Positions 25,577-34,307 of a stretch of DNA of 42,810 nucleotides are shown here, one piece after another. The notes below the pieces were generated by a model. The model searched no databases. It saw nothing but the letters and a program-made list of their open reading frames with translations, and was not told where the DNA came from. Made by a program: the position numbers and the translations under genes. Source of the DNA: an uncultured Clostridia bacterium (GTDB lineage Bacteria > Bacillota_I > Bacilli_A > RF39 > UBA660); the NCBI GenBank assembly GCA_947168405.1, contig CAMVLU010000002.1, positions 1 to 42,810 of the forward strand, in the 5' to 3' direction. Position 1 is the first letter of the stretch, and each line of letters starts with the position of its first letter.

Positions 25577-27019
25577 ATGAACAAGAAAACTATTTTGTTA
25601 TTAATAAATGGATTTGGAGTAGAAAAGAAAGAATCATTTCCTATTTATGATGATGATTTAATGCCTACATTTGCAGCTTTATCTAAAGAGTATTTATTCT
25701 CAAATAATTCTGTTATATCAAAAGTAGGTAATTATTATGATGCATATCGTAATATTTCTTTGGATGTAAATGAATTATATAATTATAGTATAGTTGATAA
25801 AGAAATAGAATCTAAAAAGATATTAACTAATGAAACTTTATTAAAAGTAAAATCTGATTTTGATTCTAAAGAAGGTAATTTACATTTATTTTGTCTTGTT
25901 GATACTAGTTTAAAAATAGTTAATCATCTAAAAGAAATGTTAAAATTAATTAACCCAGATATGAAAAAGAAAGTATTTTTACATTTAGTTATATCAAGTA
26001 ATAGTATCTTTGATTATAAATATTTAACAGAAGTATTAAGTCATATTAATATGGATTTAGCAAGTTATGGTGAAATAGGTTTTGTTATGGGACTTAATTC
26101 TATCTCTAATGATGCTAAACAAGTAGATTTAAATTTCTTTTTGAAAATGTTTATATCAAAAGTTGGTGAAAAATGGCAATCATTTACTCAAAAATTTGAT
26201 GTTTTATATGCTATGAAAACACCTCCAAGAGAAACAAAACCTTTTATAGTTAATTCTAATTTTAGTTTAGATCAAAATGATACTTTTTTCTTTATAAATT
26301 ATGATAATATAGATTTAACTAATTTTATAAATACTTTAGCTGGTATTAGTTATGGTGAAAATAAAAATAATTTTTCATATTATTCTTTATTTTCTATTAA
26401 AAGTGCTTTAAATATTCCATATATATATGAATCAGGATCTGCAACAACAAGTCTTGTAAAAAACTTAGAAGATTTAAATGCAACAGGATTAATTATTTGT
26501 AAAAAAGATCAAGTAGGTATTATTAATTATTTCTGTAATGGTTTAAAAAATGAAACAACAAATACTTTAACTTTTGTTGATATTAAAACAATAGAAGGTA
26601 ATCCAAATGCTATTATACAAGTTATTAATCAAATACCTAAAGATTTGACTATTATTAATTATGAATTAGATGATTGTAAAACAACTAATGAACTTAAGAA
26701 TAAATTAAAAGAGATTGATAATACAATTAAAGTATTAGAAGAAAATCGAAATGGAAGTAAATATACTTTAATAATTAGTTCATTATATGGAATGAATAAA
26801 ACTATGATAAATGATCGTGATGTTAGTTGTTCAGTTATCTTTTCAAATGAGTTACCATTTTTATATGTAGATGACTTTTTAACAAAGAAAAATTATTTAA
26901 TTCAAAGTGGTAATATAAATGATATTATAAAGAGTTGTTATAAAAGTATAAATATTAAAGGAAATTATAATTCTTTAGTAGAAAAGAAAAATGGTTTATA
27001 TAAATTATTCTTTAAATAG
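25577..27019 (+). CDS. cofactor-independent phosphoglycerate mutase (iPGM)-like protein, catalytic motifs apparently lost
   Basis: Colinear resemblance to iPGM: LLLINGFG vs LIILDGxG; LHLFCLVDTS vs hhGLxSDGGVHS; VFLHLVISSNS vs hhHxFxDGRD; FFFINYDNID vs FxNFRxDR; IINYELDD vs NxxNxDMVGH; LIISSLYGM vs ITADHGN. Confidence 0.5.
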   Translation: MNKKTILLLINGFGVEKKESFPIYDDDLMPTFAALSKEYLFSNNSVISKVGNYYDAYRNISLDVNELYNYSIVDKEIESKKILTNETLLKVKSDFDSKEGNLHLFCLVDTSLKIVNHLKEMLKLINPDMKKKVFLHLVISSNSIFDYKYLTEVLSHINMDLASYGEIGFVMGLNSISNDAKQVDLNFFLKMFISKVGEKWQSFTQKFDVLYAMKTPPRETKPFIVNSNFSLDQNDTFFFINYDNIDLTNFINTLAGISYGENKNNFSYYSLFSIKSALNIPYIYESGSATTSLVKNLEDLNATGLIICKKDQVGIINYFCNGLKNETTNTLTFVDIKTIEGNPNAIIQVINQIPKDLTIINYELDDCKTTNELKNKLKEIDNTIKVLEENRNGSKYTLIISSLYGMNKTMINDRDVSCSVIFSNELPFLYVDDFLTKKNYLIQSGNINDIIKSCYKSINIKGNYNSLVEKKNGLYKLFFK

Positions 27020-27026
27020 GTGATTT

Positions 27027-28433
27027 ATGAATTTAAAAGGATTAAATATTTTAAAGAAGAATGCTTTGTCTATGTTACCAATTGTTGTTATAGTAATAGG
27101 ACTTTGCGTCTTTTTTCAAATTGATTTAAAATTAATGATTAATTTTCTTGGGGGATCTATTTTAATTGTTTTAGGTGTTTCATTTTATTTAGTAGGATTT
27201 GATATGTCTTATCCTAAAATTGCTGATAGGATTAGTCATGGTTTAATAAAAAGAAAAAATATTATATATGTACTAGGAATGTGTTTTTTAATGGGAACAG
27301 CAATATCATTGGTTGCTAAAGAAATACTTGAAGCATGTGGAGGAAGAATATCTTTATTAATATTACTTGCTTCTAGTATAGGTTTTTTCTTTATGATATC
27401 TATATTTAGAATACTTACTAAAACAGATTTTAAAGTATATTTAATAATATCTTACATAATTATTTTTATGTTAATGATAAAAGCTGATATGAATATGGTT
27501 CCTTTTGCTTTAGATAGAGCTGCTCTTGGAACTGGAGCTATTTCTGCACCATTTTTGTTAACAATTGGTATGTCTTTTTCTCGAAGAAGTAAAAAACCTA
27601 AAAAAAATCATACTAGTTTTGGAATACTTGGCTTATCTGCTGTTGGACCAATTATTATCTTTTTATTAATAAGTATATATTCTAATATTACTATATCAAC
27701 TAGAAGATTAGGTGTAAGAGAAAGTTTATTATTTATCTTTTTATCTTTAATTCCTATTTTTTTGTTGTATTTATATTTTATAAAAGGAGATATTAAAAAA
27801 CATAAAAAAGAAATAAAAGGAATATTAACGGGATTTTTATTTGTATTTTTAGGAGTTGGATGTTATTATACAGGTGCTAAATATGGATATTTAAATTTAG
27901 CAAGTTTAATAGGTGAAAAGTTAATTAATGTTCCAATTGAATTGGTTTTAATAATTGGAGGAGTTTTAGGATATTTAATTTTAAGAATAGAACCATCTTT
28001 TGTTTTTTTAATGAATTATGTTAATGATGTTACTAAAGGTGGTATTAAAGAAAAGTTTTTAGAATTATTTTTATCTTTAGGAGTTGCTTTTTCGTTTATG
28101 ATGTCTTTAATAATAGCTATTAATAAAGTTGATATTTTAGTTGTATTACTTCCTAGTTTCTTTTTAGCAATTATTCTTGCTTTCTTTACTCCTAATACTT
28201 TTTTATCATTAGCATTTGATTCATTAGGTGCTGTAATTGGAACAATATCATCAAGTTTTTTATTACCTATTCTAATAGGCATTACTAATTCAAGTTTACA
28301 AACTTTTGGATATGTTGCTTTTATTGGTATTATTCCCGTTATATTTTTAGAAATTGCCGGATTTATATATGAAAAGGAAATTATTCTTCATGATTATAAT
28401 CAGTTAGATGATGAGGTAGTAATATATGATTAA
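27027..28433 (+). CDS. DUF1538-family polytopic membrane protein (two DUF1538 repeats fused)
   Basis: Repeated motifs FALDRAALGTGAISAPFLLTIGMSF and LAFDSLGAVIGTISSSFLLPILIGI, plus VNDVTKGGIKEK, match the DUF1538 consensus (AfDSGGVTTGP.TVP) as I recall it. Confidence 0.65.
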   Translation: MNLKGLNILKKNALSMLPIVVIVIGLCVFFQIDLKLMINFLGGSILIVLGVSFYLVGFDMSYPKIADRISHGLIKRKNIIYVLGMCFLMGTAISLVAKEILEACGGRISLLILLASSIGFFFMISIFRILTKTDFKVYLIISYIIIFMLMIKADMNMVPFALDRAALGTGAISAPFLLTIGMSFSRRSKKPKKNHTSFGILGLSAVGPIIIFLLISIYSNITISTRRLGVRESLLFIFLSLIPIFLLYLYFIKGDIKKHKKEIKGILTGFLFVFLGVGCYYTGAKYGYLNLASLIGEKLINVPIELVLIIGGVLGYLILRIEPSFVFLMNYVNDVTKGGIKEKFLELFLSLGVAFSFMMSLIIAINKVDILVVLLPSFFLAIILAFFTPNTFLSLAFDSLGAVIGTISSSFLLPILIGITNSSLQTFGYVAFIGIIPVIFLEIAGFIYEKEIILHDYNQLDDEVVIYD

Positions 28434-29058
28434 AGTATTAGGTATTATTTATAATAATGAAAAAAAATTAAAGATGTTATTTTTAAAATATAATTTAAAA
28501 TATCAAATGATGGTATCAGGTAAAGGAACAGCTAGCAATAGTATTTTAAATTATTTTGGACTAGAAAAAATAGAAAAGAAAATATATTTTACTGTTATAT
28601 CAGATGAAATTGAAAATAAACTTTTATTAGATTTAAATAGATGGTGTAAACTTCCAGATGTTGGAGTAGGAATAGCATTTACTACTTCTTTAAATGGATT
28701 AAGTAAGTTTATTGTTGATGATATTGGAGAAGGTGATAAATATATGAAAAACAAAAATGATTTTGATTTAGTAGTTACAATTGTTAATGATGGTTATAGT
28801 GATATGGTAATGAATGCTGCATATAAAGAAGGTTGCAGTGGTGGAACTGTTATAGATGGAAGAAGTTTAGGAAGTAGAAGAACCATATTTATGGATTTAA
28901 CACTTGAACCTGAAAAAGAATTAGTTTTAACAATTGTAAAAAAAGATATAAAAGAAAATGTTATGAAAAGAATAACTAAAGAATGTGGAGTTAAAACTGA
29001 TGCTCGTGGAATATTATTTAGTATACCTTTGGACAATGTTATTGGGATAAATGAATAG
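28426..29058 (+). CDS. PII-like signal protein with two tandem PII-like domains
   Basis: C-terminal half DLVVTIVNDGYSDMVMNAAYKEGCSGGTVIDGRSLGSRR...ELVLTIVKKDIKENVMKRI...ARGILFSIPLDNVIGI has the GlnB-like ferredoxin fold pattern. The N-terminal half is similar but weaker. 8-nt overlap with the DUF1538 gene. Confidence 0.6.
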   Translation: MIKVLGIIYNNEKKLKMLFLKYNLKYQMMVSGKGTASNSILNYFGLEKIEKKIYFTVISDEIENKLLLDLNRWCKLPDVGVGIAFTTSLNGLSKFIVDDIGEGDKYMKNKNDFDLVVTIVNDGYSDMVMNAAYKEGCSGGTVIDGRSLGSRRTIFMDLTLEPEKELVLTIVKKDIKENVMKRITKECGVKTDARGILFSIPLDNVIGINE

Positions 29059-29061
29059 TGT

Positions 29062-29098
29062 AAAATAAATGTGTAAAGTATATTTACACATTTATTTT
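29062..29098 (+). terminator. strong hairpin terminator of the DUF1538/PII operon
   Basis: AAAATAAATGTGTAAA (29062-29077), loop GTATA, TTTACACATTTATTTT (29083-29098). 16-bp perfect stem. Confidence 0.65.
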
Positions 29099-29267
29099 AT
29101 TTTATAATAGAAAAATATATTTTGTTTACATATTATAGTATTAATAATTGTTGTAAAAAATGTCGAATTATTTGTAAAAATATGTCTATTGTGTTTTATC
29201 TTTTTTTATTATATAATTACAATGAGTTCACGATTAAATTATATTCAAACTCACACATAGGAATATA

Positions 29268-29296
29268 AAAAAAGACGATTATTATTTCGTCTTTTT
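29268..29296 (-). terminator. terminator of the 88-aa minus-strand gene (potentially bidirectional)
   Basis: AAAAAGACGA pairs with TCGTCTTTTT (arms within 29268-29296), and the stop codon sits in the loop. U-tracts follow on both strands. Confidence 0.55.
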
Positions 29297-29548
29297 ATTT
29301 TCGGTATATAAATCATTAATTATAGTTTGATATTTTTGTAAAAGAAGCCACTCATCTTTATCAGCTGGTTTAGCTATTCTTGCAAAATTTAATAAATCTA
29401 AATATTTATCGTAATCAATAATAATATCTAATTGATGACATCTAATAATAAAATCACAGTACCCAATAAATTTATTTATAGTAACAGTATGGTCCATTAA
29501 ATTATCTTCCATCATTTCTAAAAATTTTACTCTTTCTATATCATCCAT
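29282..29548 (-). CDS. hypothetical 88-aa cytoplasmic protein
   Basis: Perfect AGGAGG RBS upstream of the ATG on the minus strand, and it has its own terminator. No family recognised. Confidence 0.65.
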   Translation of the reverse strand: MDDIERVKFLEMMEDNLMDHTVTINKFIGYCDFIIRCHQLDIIIDYDKYLDLLNFARIAKPADKDEWLLLQKYQTIINDLYTENKKTK

Positions 29549-29581
29549 TCTTTCATATCCTCCTATTTATAGATAAATTAT

Positions 29582-29610
29582 AACATTTGATTTATAATAA
29601 ATCAAATGTT
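29582..29610. promoter_or_regulatory. 29-bp perfect palindrome in a divergent promoter region (operator candidate)
   Basis: AACATTTGATTTAT-A-ATAAATCAAATGTT, with 14-bp arms centred on 29596. Lies between the divergently transcribed genes at 29548 (-) and 29711 (+). Confidence 0.4.
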
Positions 29611-29653
29611 TTACATTTTTTTACTATTTTTTTAAATCATTTGTTTAAAATTG

Positions 29654-29682
29654 TTGAATTAAATTAATTTTTTTTGTATAAT
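29654..29682 (+). promoter_or_regulatory. promoter of the 29711-31979 gene pair
   Basis: TTGAAT (29654-29659), 17-bp spacer, TATAAT (29677-29682) preceded by TG. Confidence 0.5.
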
Positions 29683-29710
29683 CTAATTATTGAATAGAAA
29701 GTAGGTATGT

Positions 29711-30967
29711 ATGGCAAAAAGAAAGAAAAGAAAAAAAAGAATATTTTTACCTAAAGTTCAAACGGGTTTTTGTATATTGAGTTTTGTTTTTGTATTAGCA
29801 TGTGGAATATATTATGGAAGTAGATTAATTAAATATTATAAAATATATAATCCTAAAGCTGAAACTGGTGAAGTATTATTAAATTTACCATCTAAAATAA
29901 TTGAAGAGACAGAGATAGTTGAAAAAGGAGATGGACTTTATAATATAAATGGTAACTATGTTTTTAAAGGAAAAAATGTTAATAATTATATTTTAGTTGA
30001 TCAAATGTTGTTTCGTATTTTAAAAATTAATGGTGATAAAACTATGGATTTAGTTATGGATGAATATGTTAATAGATTAGAATGGAATAAAGAATTAACT
30101 TCATTTGATAAATCGTCTATTAAAAAATATTTAGAAGAAAAAATATTACCATCTATAAATCAAGATAGATTAACGAAAACAACTATATGTGAAAATTCAG
30201 TTGAAGATTTAAAAAATATTAAATGTGATAAAACTAATAAAGATAGTTATATTAGATTACTTGGAATTGATGAATATTTAAATAGTTTAAGTGAAGAAAA
30301 AACATTTATTAATTCAGGAAATGAGTATACATGGTTATATAATACAGGTAAAGGTAATGCATGGCATACAACAGGAACATATCTTTCTAATAGTAAAACA
30401 ACAAATGTATATGGTGTAAGACCAGTTATTACTTTAAGAAATTCAGTAACTTACTTAAAAGGTGATGGATCTATAGATAATCCTTACAGTTTAGAAAAAG
30501 CAAAAGATATAAAAGTAGGTAGTTATATAGACTTAAATGATGATATTTATACTGTATATGAAGTCGGAGAAGATTATTTAAAAATTGAGAGTAATAAAGT
30601 TTTAAAAACGAAACAAGTATTTGATAATTCTACTAATGAATTTGATAATTCATCTTTAAAAACTTATTTAGAAAAGAATTATGTTGATAAATTAAAATAT
30701 AAAGATTTATTAAAAGAAGTTAATTTTGGTGAATCTAAATCTAAAGTTGGAATATTAAGTAGTAATGATTTAAAATTTAATAGTAGTTTAAATGCATATT
30801 TCTTAAGCGATAAAGAAGGAAGTGGAGTTCTTCTTTATAATGGAAGTGTTTTAACTACAGAAGTATCAAGTAAAAGAAATGTTAGACCTTGTCTTGGTAT
30901 TAAGAAAGATTTAAAAATAATAAGTGGAAATGGTTCTAAATATGCACCATTTATAGTGGAGGTATAA
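29711..30967 (+). CDS. membrane-anchored extracellular protein with two DUF6273-like repeats (tentative)
   Basis: N-terminal KRKKRKKR followed by a TM anchor. Two repeat ends, YGVRPVITL and NVRPCLGI, are typical of the GVRPA-ending extracellular domain family. Confidence 0.5.
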   Translation: MAKRKKRKKRIFLPKVQTGFCILSFVFVLACGIYYGSRLIKYYKIYNPKAETGEVLLNLPSKIIEETEIVEKGDGLYNINGNYVFKGKNVNNYILVDQMLFRILKINGDKTMDLVMDEYVNRLEWNKELTSFDKSSIKKYLEEKILPSINQDRLTKTTICENSVEDLKNIKCDKTNKDSYIRLLGIDEYLNSLSEEKTFINSGNEYTWLYNTGKGNAWHTTGTYLSNSKTTNVYGVRPVITLRNSVTYLKGDGSIDNPYSLEKAKDIKVGSYIDLNDDIYTVYEVGEDYLKIESNKVLKTKQVFDNSTNEFDNSSLKTYLEKNYVDKLKYKDLLKEVNFGESKSKVGILSSNDLKFNSSLNAYFLSDKEGSGVLLYNGSVLTTEVSSKRNVRPCLGIKKDLKIISGNGSKYAPFIVEV

Positions 30968-30968
30968 G

Positions 30969-31979
30969 ATGCGAAAAACAACAATATTTTTTCTTTTAAT
31001 TGATTTGATTGCTATAGGTTGTTTTATTCTTTTTTACGGACCAAATGAAGAATTTCGTAATACGATTGTTAATACAGCTATGGTTACTAAAACTCATCAA
31101 TTTATTGCATATACGTTTTATGATGAAGATACTGTTCAAAAAATATTAGATTTAAATAAATACATTCCAGTATCAGGAGAGATGGATTTAGATGCTATTG
31201 TAATAGATACAGCTGAAAAGAAAAGTTATGATAATGAATATGATGAAGAAATTTTAAAAAGAGATAAAGGAAATGATGATTACAAATATATAAAAGTAAA
31301 AGTTGGTAAATATAATGCTCATATGATAGCAATTTATCATCCTGAAAATGTAAAATTATTAACGATTAAAAAGTTTAGTCGTGGAGGAAATCAAGAAACT
31401 GTTTTAAATATGTGTAAACGATATGGAGCTTTGACTTGTATCAATGCAGGAGGATTCCACGATCCAGATGGATGGGGAAGTGATACACCAGTAGGATATG
31501 TTATTAAAGATGGAGAAGTTGTTTATGCAGAAAATAATAACAAACAAGATATTATAGGAATTACTAAAGAAAATAAATTAGCTTTAGTAAATGCAACAGG
31601 TGAAGAAGCGATTGAAATGGGAATACGTGATGGTGTTCAGTTTGGACCTTTCCTAATTTTAAATGGAGAAAGTATTAAATATAATAGTTCTGCTGGAGGA
31701 TATGATCGTGCAGCTCGTGTTGCTATTGCCCAAAGAAGAGATGGGGTAATTTTATTCTTAGCAACAGAAGGAACGCATGGAAGTGGTCCAACTATGAAAG
31801 AAGTAATTGATACACTTGAATTATATGGTGCTTATAATGCTGCTAATTTAGATGGAGGAACAAGTGCTCAAATGGTTATCAATAATAAACTGGTTAATAA
31901 TCCTAAGAATGTATTTGGTCAATCAGTTGCAGGAGGAAGAAGAGTTGTAACTTCATTTGGATTAATGCCAAGTAATTAG
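30969..31979 (+). CDS. phosphodiester glycosidase family protein (NAGPA-like/DUF2233)
   Basis: INAGGFHDPDGWGSDTPVGYVIKDGEVVY ... FGPFLILNGE ... RVAIAQRRDGVILFLATEG ... AANLDGGTSAQMV. N-terminal TM anchor. Confidence 0.75.
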   Translation: MRKTTIFFLLIDLIAIGCFILFYGPNEEFRNTIVNTAMVTKTHQFIAYTFYDEDTVQKILDLNKYIPVSGEMDLDAIVIDTAEKKSYDNEYDEEILKRDKGNDDYKYIKVKVGKYNAHMIAIYHPENVKLLTIKKFSRGGNQETVLNMCKRYGALTCINAGGFHDPDGWGSDTPVGYVIKDGEVVYAENNNKQDIIGITKENKLALVNATGEEAIEMGIRDGVQFGPFLILNGESIKYNSSAGGYDRAARVAIAQRRDGVILFLATEGTHGSGPTMKEVIDTLELYGAYNAANLDGGTSAQMVINNKLVNNPKNVFGQSVAGGRRVVTSFGLMPSN

Positions 31980-32002
31980 AAGATTATATCTTCTTTTTCT
32001 TT
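31978..32002 (+). terminator. terminator hairpin
   Basis: AGAAGAT (31978-31984), loop TAT, ATCTTCT (31988-31994), then a T-run. Confidence 0.5.
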
Positions 32003-32012
32003 GAAAAAAATA

Positions 32013-32041
32013 TTGAAATATGATTACTTATATGATAGAAT
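32013..32041 (+). promoter_or_regulatory. promoter of the Big_2 surface protein gene
   Basis: TTGAAA (32013-32018), 17-bp spacer, TGaTAGAAT (32033-32041). Confidence 0.5.
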
Positions 32042-32066
32042 GTAGATAGAAACGAGGGGACTAGTT

Positions 32067-34196
32067 ATGTATACAGATTATGAAGAAGATAACGAAAGTT
32101 ATTATAGTGATGATGATAATAATAATTCACAAAATGGCGAAAGAATAAAAAAAATAGCAATTTTTATATTGGTATTTGTAATTTTAATTGTCTTAATATT
32201 ATTATTGGCTAAGAGTTGTACTAAAAAGAATAGTAATTCAAATAATAATACAGCAAACAATGTTACCAAAAATCAAACACCATCAATTGTAATGTCAAGA
32301 AATACATTAAATTTAGATGTTGGAGATGAATATGAATTATTAGTAGATATTCTAAATACTAAAAATTCTAATCCAATTATAGAATGGGTTTCTGATGATA
32401 CATCTATTGCCAGTGTAAATGATGAGGGATTTATTAAGGCAGAAGGTGAAGGAATAACATCAATCATTGCAAAATATGAGGAAAATAACAAAAATTATAC
32501 AAGTACATGTAGAGTTACTGTAACATCAAAAGTGATTACCTTAGAAAGTATTAAGCTATCTCAAAAGAATATTAATTTAAAAATTGGAAATGTATTTTTG
32601 ATAGAAGTAACAACTAATCCTTCTGATGCAAAAGTTGATAAATTTATATATGAAAGCGATGATACCAGTATTGCTACTGTAAGTGAAAAAGGATTTATTA
32701 GGGGGGTATCTGAGGGAACTACCACAATAACTGTAAAAACTGAAGATGGTAGTGTCAGCGAGACAATGTCAGTTAATGTATCAAATGATAAAAATACAGT
32801 TACAGTTATTGAACCTACAGAAATTGAAATTCTTGGATTTACAAATGGATTATCAGTAGGAAAAACTACTCAAGCAGTAGTTAATATAACACCTAATAGT
32901 GCTACTAATAAAAATGTTACATGGGCAAGTAGTAATGAGAATGTTTGTAAAGTAGATAAAAATGGTAAAGTAACAGGTGTTAGTGCTGGTAGTTGTACAA
33001 TTATTGCTTCAACATCAAATAATATTACATCAAGTAAAGAAATTACTGTTTCTTCTAATACTATACCGGTTGAAAAAATATCAGTTGTTGGAACTACTAA
33101 TATTACGATGAAAGTTGGGGGGACAAGATATTTATATTATACTATTTCTCCAAGTAATGCTTCTAATAAAAAGGTTGCATATAAAAGTAGTAATCCAAGT
33201 GTAGTATATGTTGATTCAAATGGAATACTAGCAGGAGTTGGTATTGGTAACGCTGCTATAACAATAACTACTCAAGATGGAAGAAAAACTGCTGTAGCAA
33301 ATGTAACAGTTATTTCATCGACTGCAAGTGGAACATCAACACCACCAAGTTCTACACCATCGTCATCTGATTCTCCTACTTCTTCTAGCCCTTCAACAGA
33401 TACTAATCCATCAAGTGGTGATTATCCTAATGATTATCCAACAAGTTCTTCAACTTACCCTACAAATTATGATGAACCTAATGATAATCCTATGAATAGT
33501 TCTTGTAATGCTTATGATATGTTAATAGTTGATCATAATGAATCAAAAAAAATATATCCAGATAAATATGCTGTAGTATCAACTATTTCATTTGATAATA
33601 CAAAACCATTTACTAGAACTGCAATTACACCAACGCTAGAATTAACCCAGTTCAATAAATGCATTAAATTTTTAACTTATACAATATATTATGGAATAAC
33701 AAAGGATAATGTTAATACTAAACTTCGAACAGGTAAAGTATTAAATGCTGGAGAGATAATAAAATTAGATAATAAAAATGGATATTATAGAATAGATATA
33801 ACTGGTCAGACAACAACTGATGGTATATATTTAACAAAAATATATTATGCACATGTTCAAAAGTCTACAAATGCAGATTATATGTCTGTATCAACAACAC
33901 CAATTTCAAATGGTACCAAAATTACAATTAATAAAAATAATTCTTCAATTACGAGAATATATTATTGTGTTTCTAAAACAACAAAGGATTGTAATCCTTC
34001 TACTGGAGTAATTCAGAATACGATTAGTAAAGATAAAACAGTTTATAATGGATATTTTTTAATTGATTCTTCTAGAACTATATCATATACAAGAAATAAA
34101 GGAGCGCAACCAAGTTATAAAGTTGGGGCACGTGTTTGTTTTAAACCATATAATGGTACGATATTAGTTGGTGAAAAAATTTGTAAAAATATTTAA
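32067..34196 (+). CDS. membrane-anchored surface protein: about five Big_2 Ig-like domains, an S/T/P-rich linker and an unknown C-terminal domain
   Basis: Repeated L.L.VG....L........N..V.W.SSD.SIA.V...G.I.A...G...I motifs. Linker STASGTSTPPSSTPSSSDSPTSSSPSTDTNPSSG at about nt 33318-33492. Confidence 0.8.
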   Translation: MYTDYEEDNESYYSDDDNNNSQNGERIKKIAIFILVFVILIVLILLLAKSCTKKNSNSNNNTANNVTKNQTPSIVMSRNTLNLDVGDEYELLVDILNTKNSNPIIEWVSDDTSIASVNDEGFIKAEGEGITSIIAKYEENNKNYTSTCRVTVTSKVITLESIKLSQKNINLKIGNVFLIEVTTNPSDAKVDKFIYESDDTSIATVSEKGFIRGVSEGTTTITVKTEDGSVSETMSVNVSNDKNTVTVIEPTEIEILGFTNGLSVGKTTQAVVNITPNSATNKNVTWASSNENVCKVDKNGKVTGVSAGSCTIIASTSNNITSSKEITVSSNTIPVEKISVVGTTNITMKVGGTRYLYYTISPSNASNKKVAYKSSNPSVVYVDSNGILAGVGIGNAAITITTQDGRKTAVANVTVISSTASGTSTPPSSTPSSSDSPTSSSPSTDTNPSSGDYPNDYPTSSSTYPTNYDEPNDNPMNSSCNAYDMLIVDHNESKKIYPDKYAVVSTISFDNTKPFTRTAITPTLELTQFNKCIKFLTYTIYYGITKDNVNTKLRTGKVLNAGEIIKLDNKNGYYRIDITGQTTTDGIYLTKIYYAHVQKSTNADYMSVSTTPISNGTKITINKNNSSITRIYYCVSKTTKDCNPSTGVIQNTISKDKTVYNGYFLIDSSRTISYTRNKGAQPSYKVGARVCFKPYNGTILVGEKICKNI

Positions 34197-34211
34197 TTGT
34201 TATTTGTTTAT

Positions 34212-34245
34212 AATTCTAACTTGAATTTAAGTTAGAATTTTTTTA
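34212..34245 (+). terminator. rho-independent terminator
   Basis: AATTCTAACTT (34212-34222), 6-nt loop, AAGTTAGAATT (34229-34239), then TTTTTT. Confidence 0.65.
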
Positions 34246-34307
34246 TATAATTTTATTTTTATTCTAACATATAATATGATATAATGTATTTGAATTAGGG
34301 TGATAGG

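Noticed and set aside
32250-33300. Possible DNA-level tandem repeats in the Big_2 gene.
   Set aside because: The repetition is at the protein-domain level only. The nucleotide sequences of the domains are diverged, and no identical repeat units are visible.
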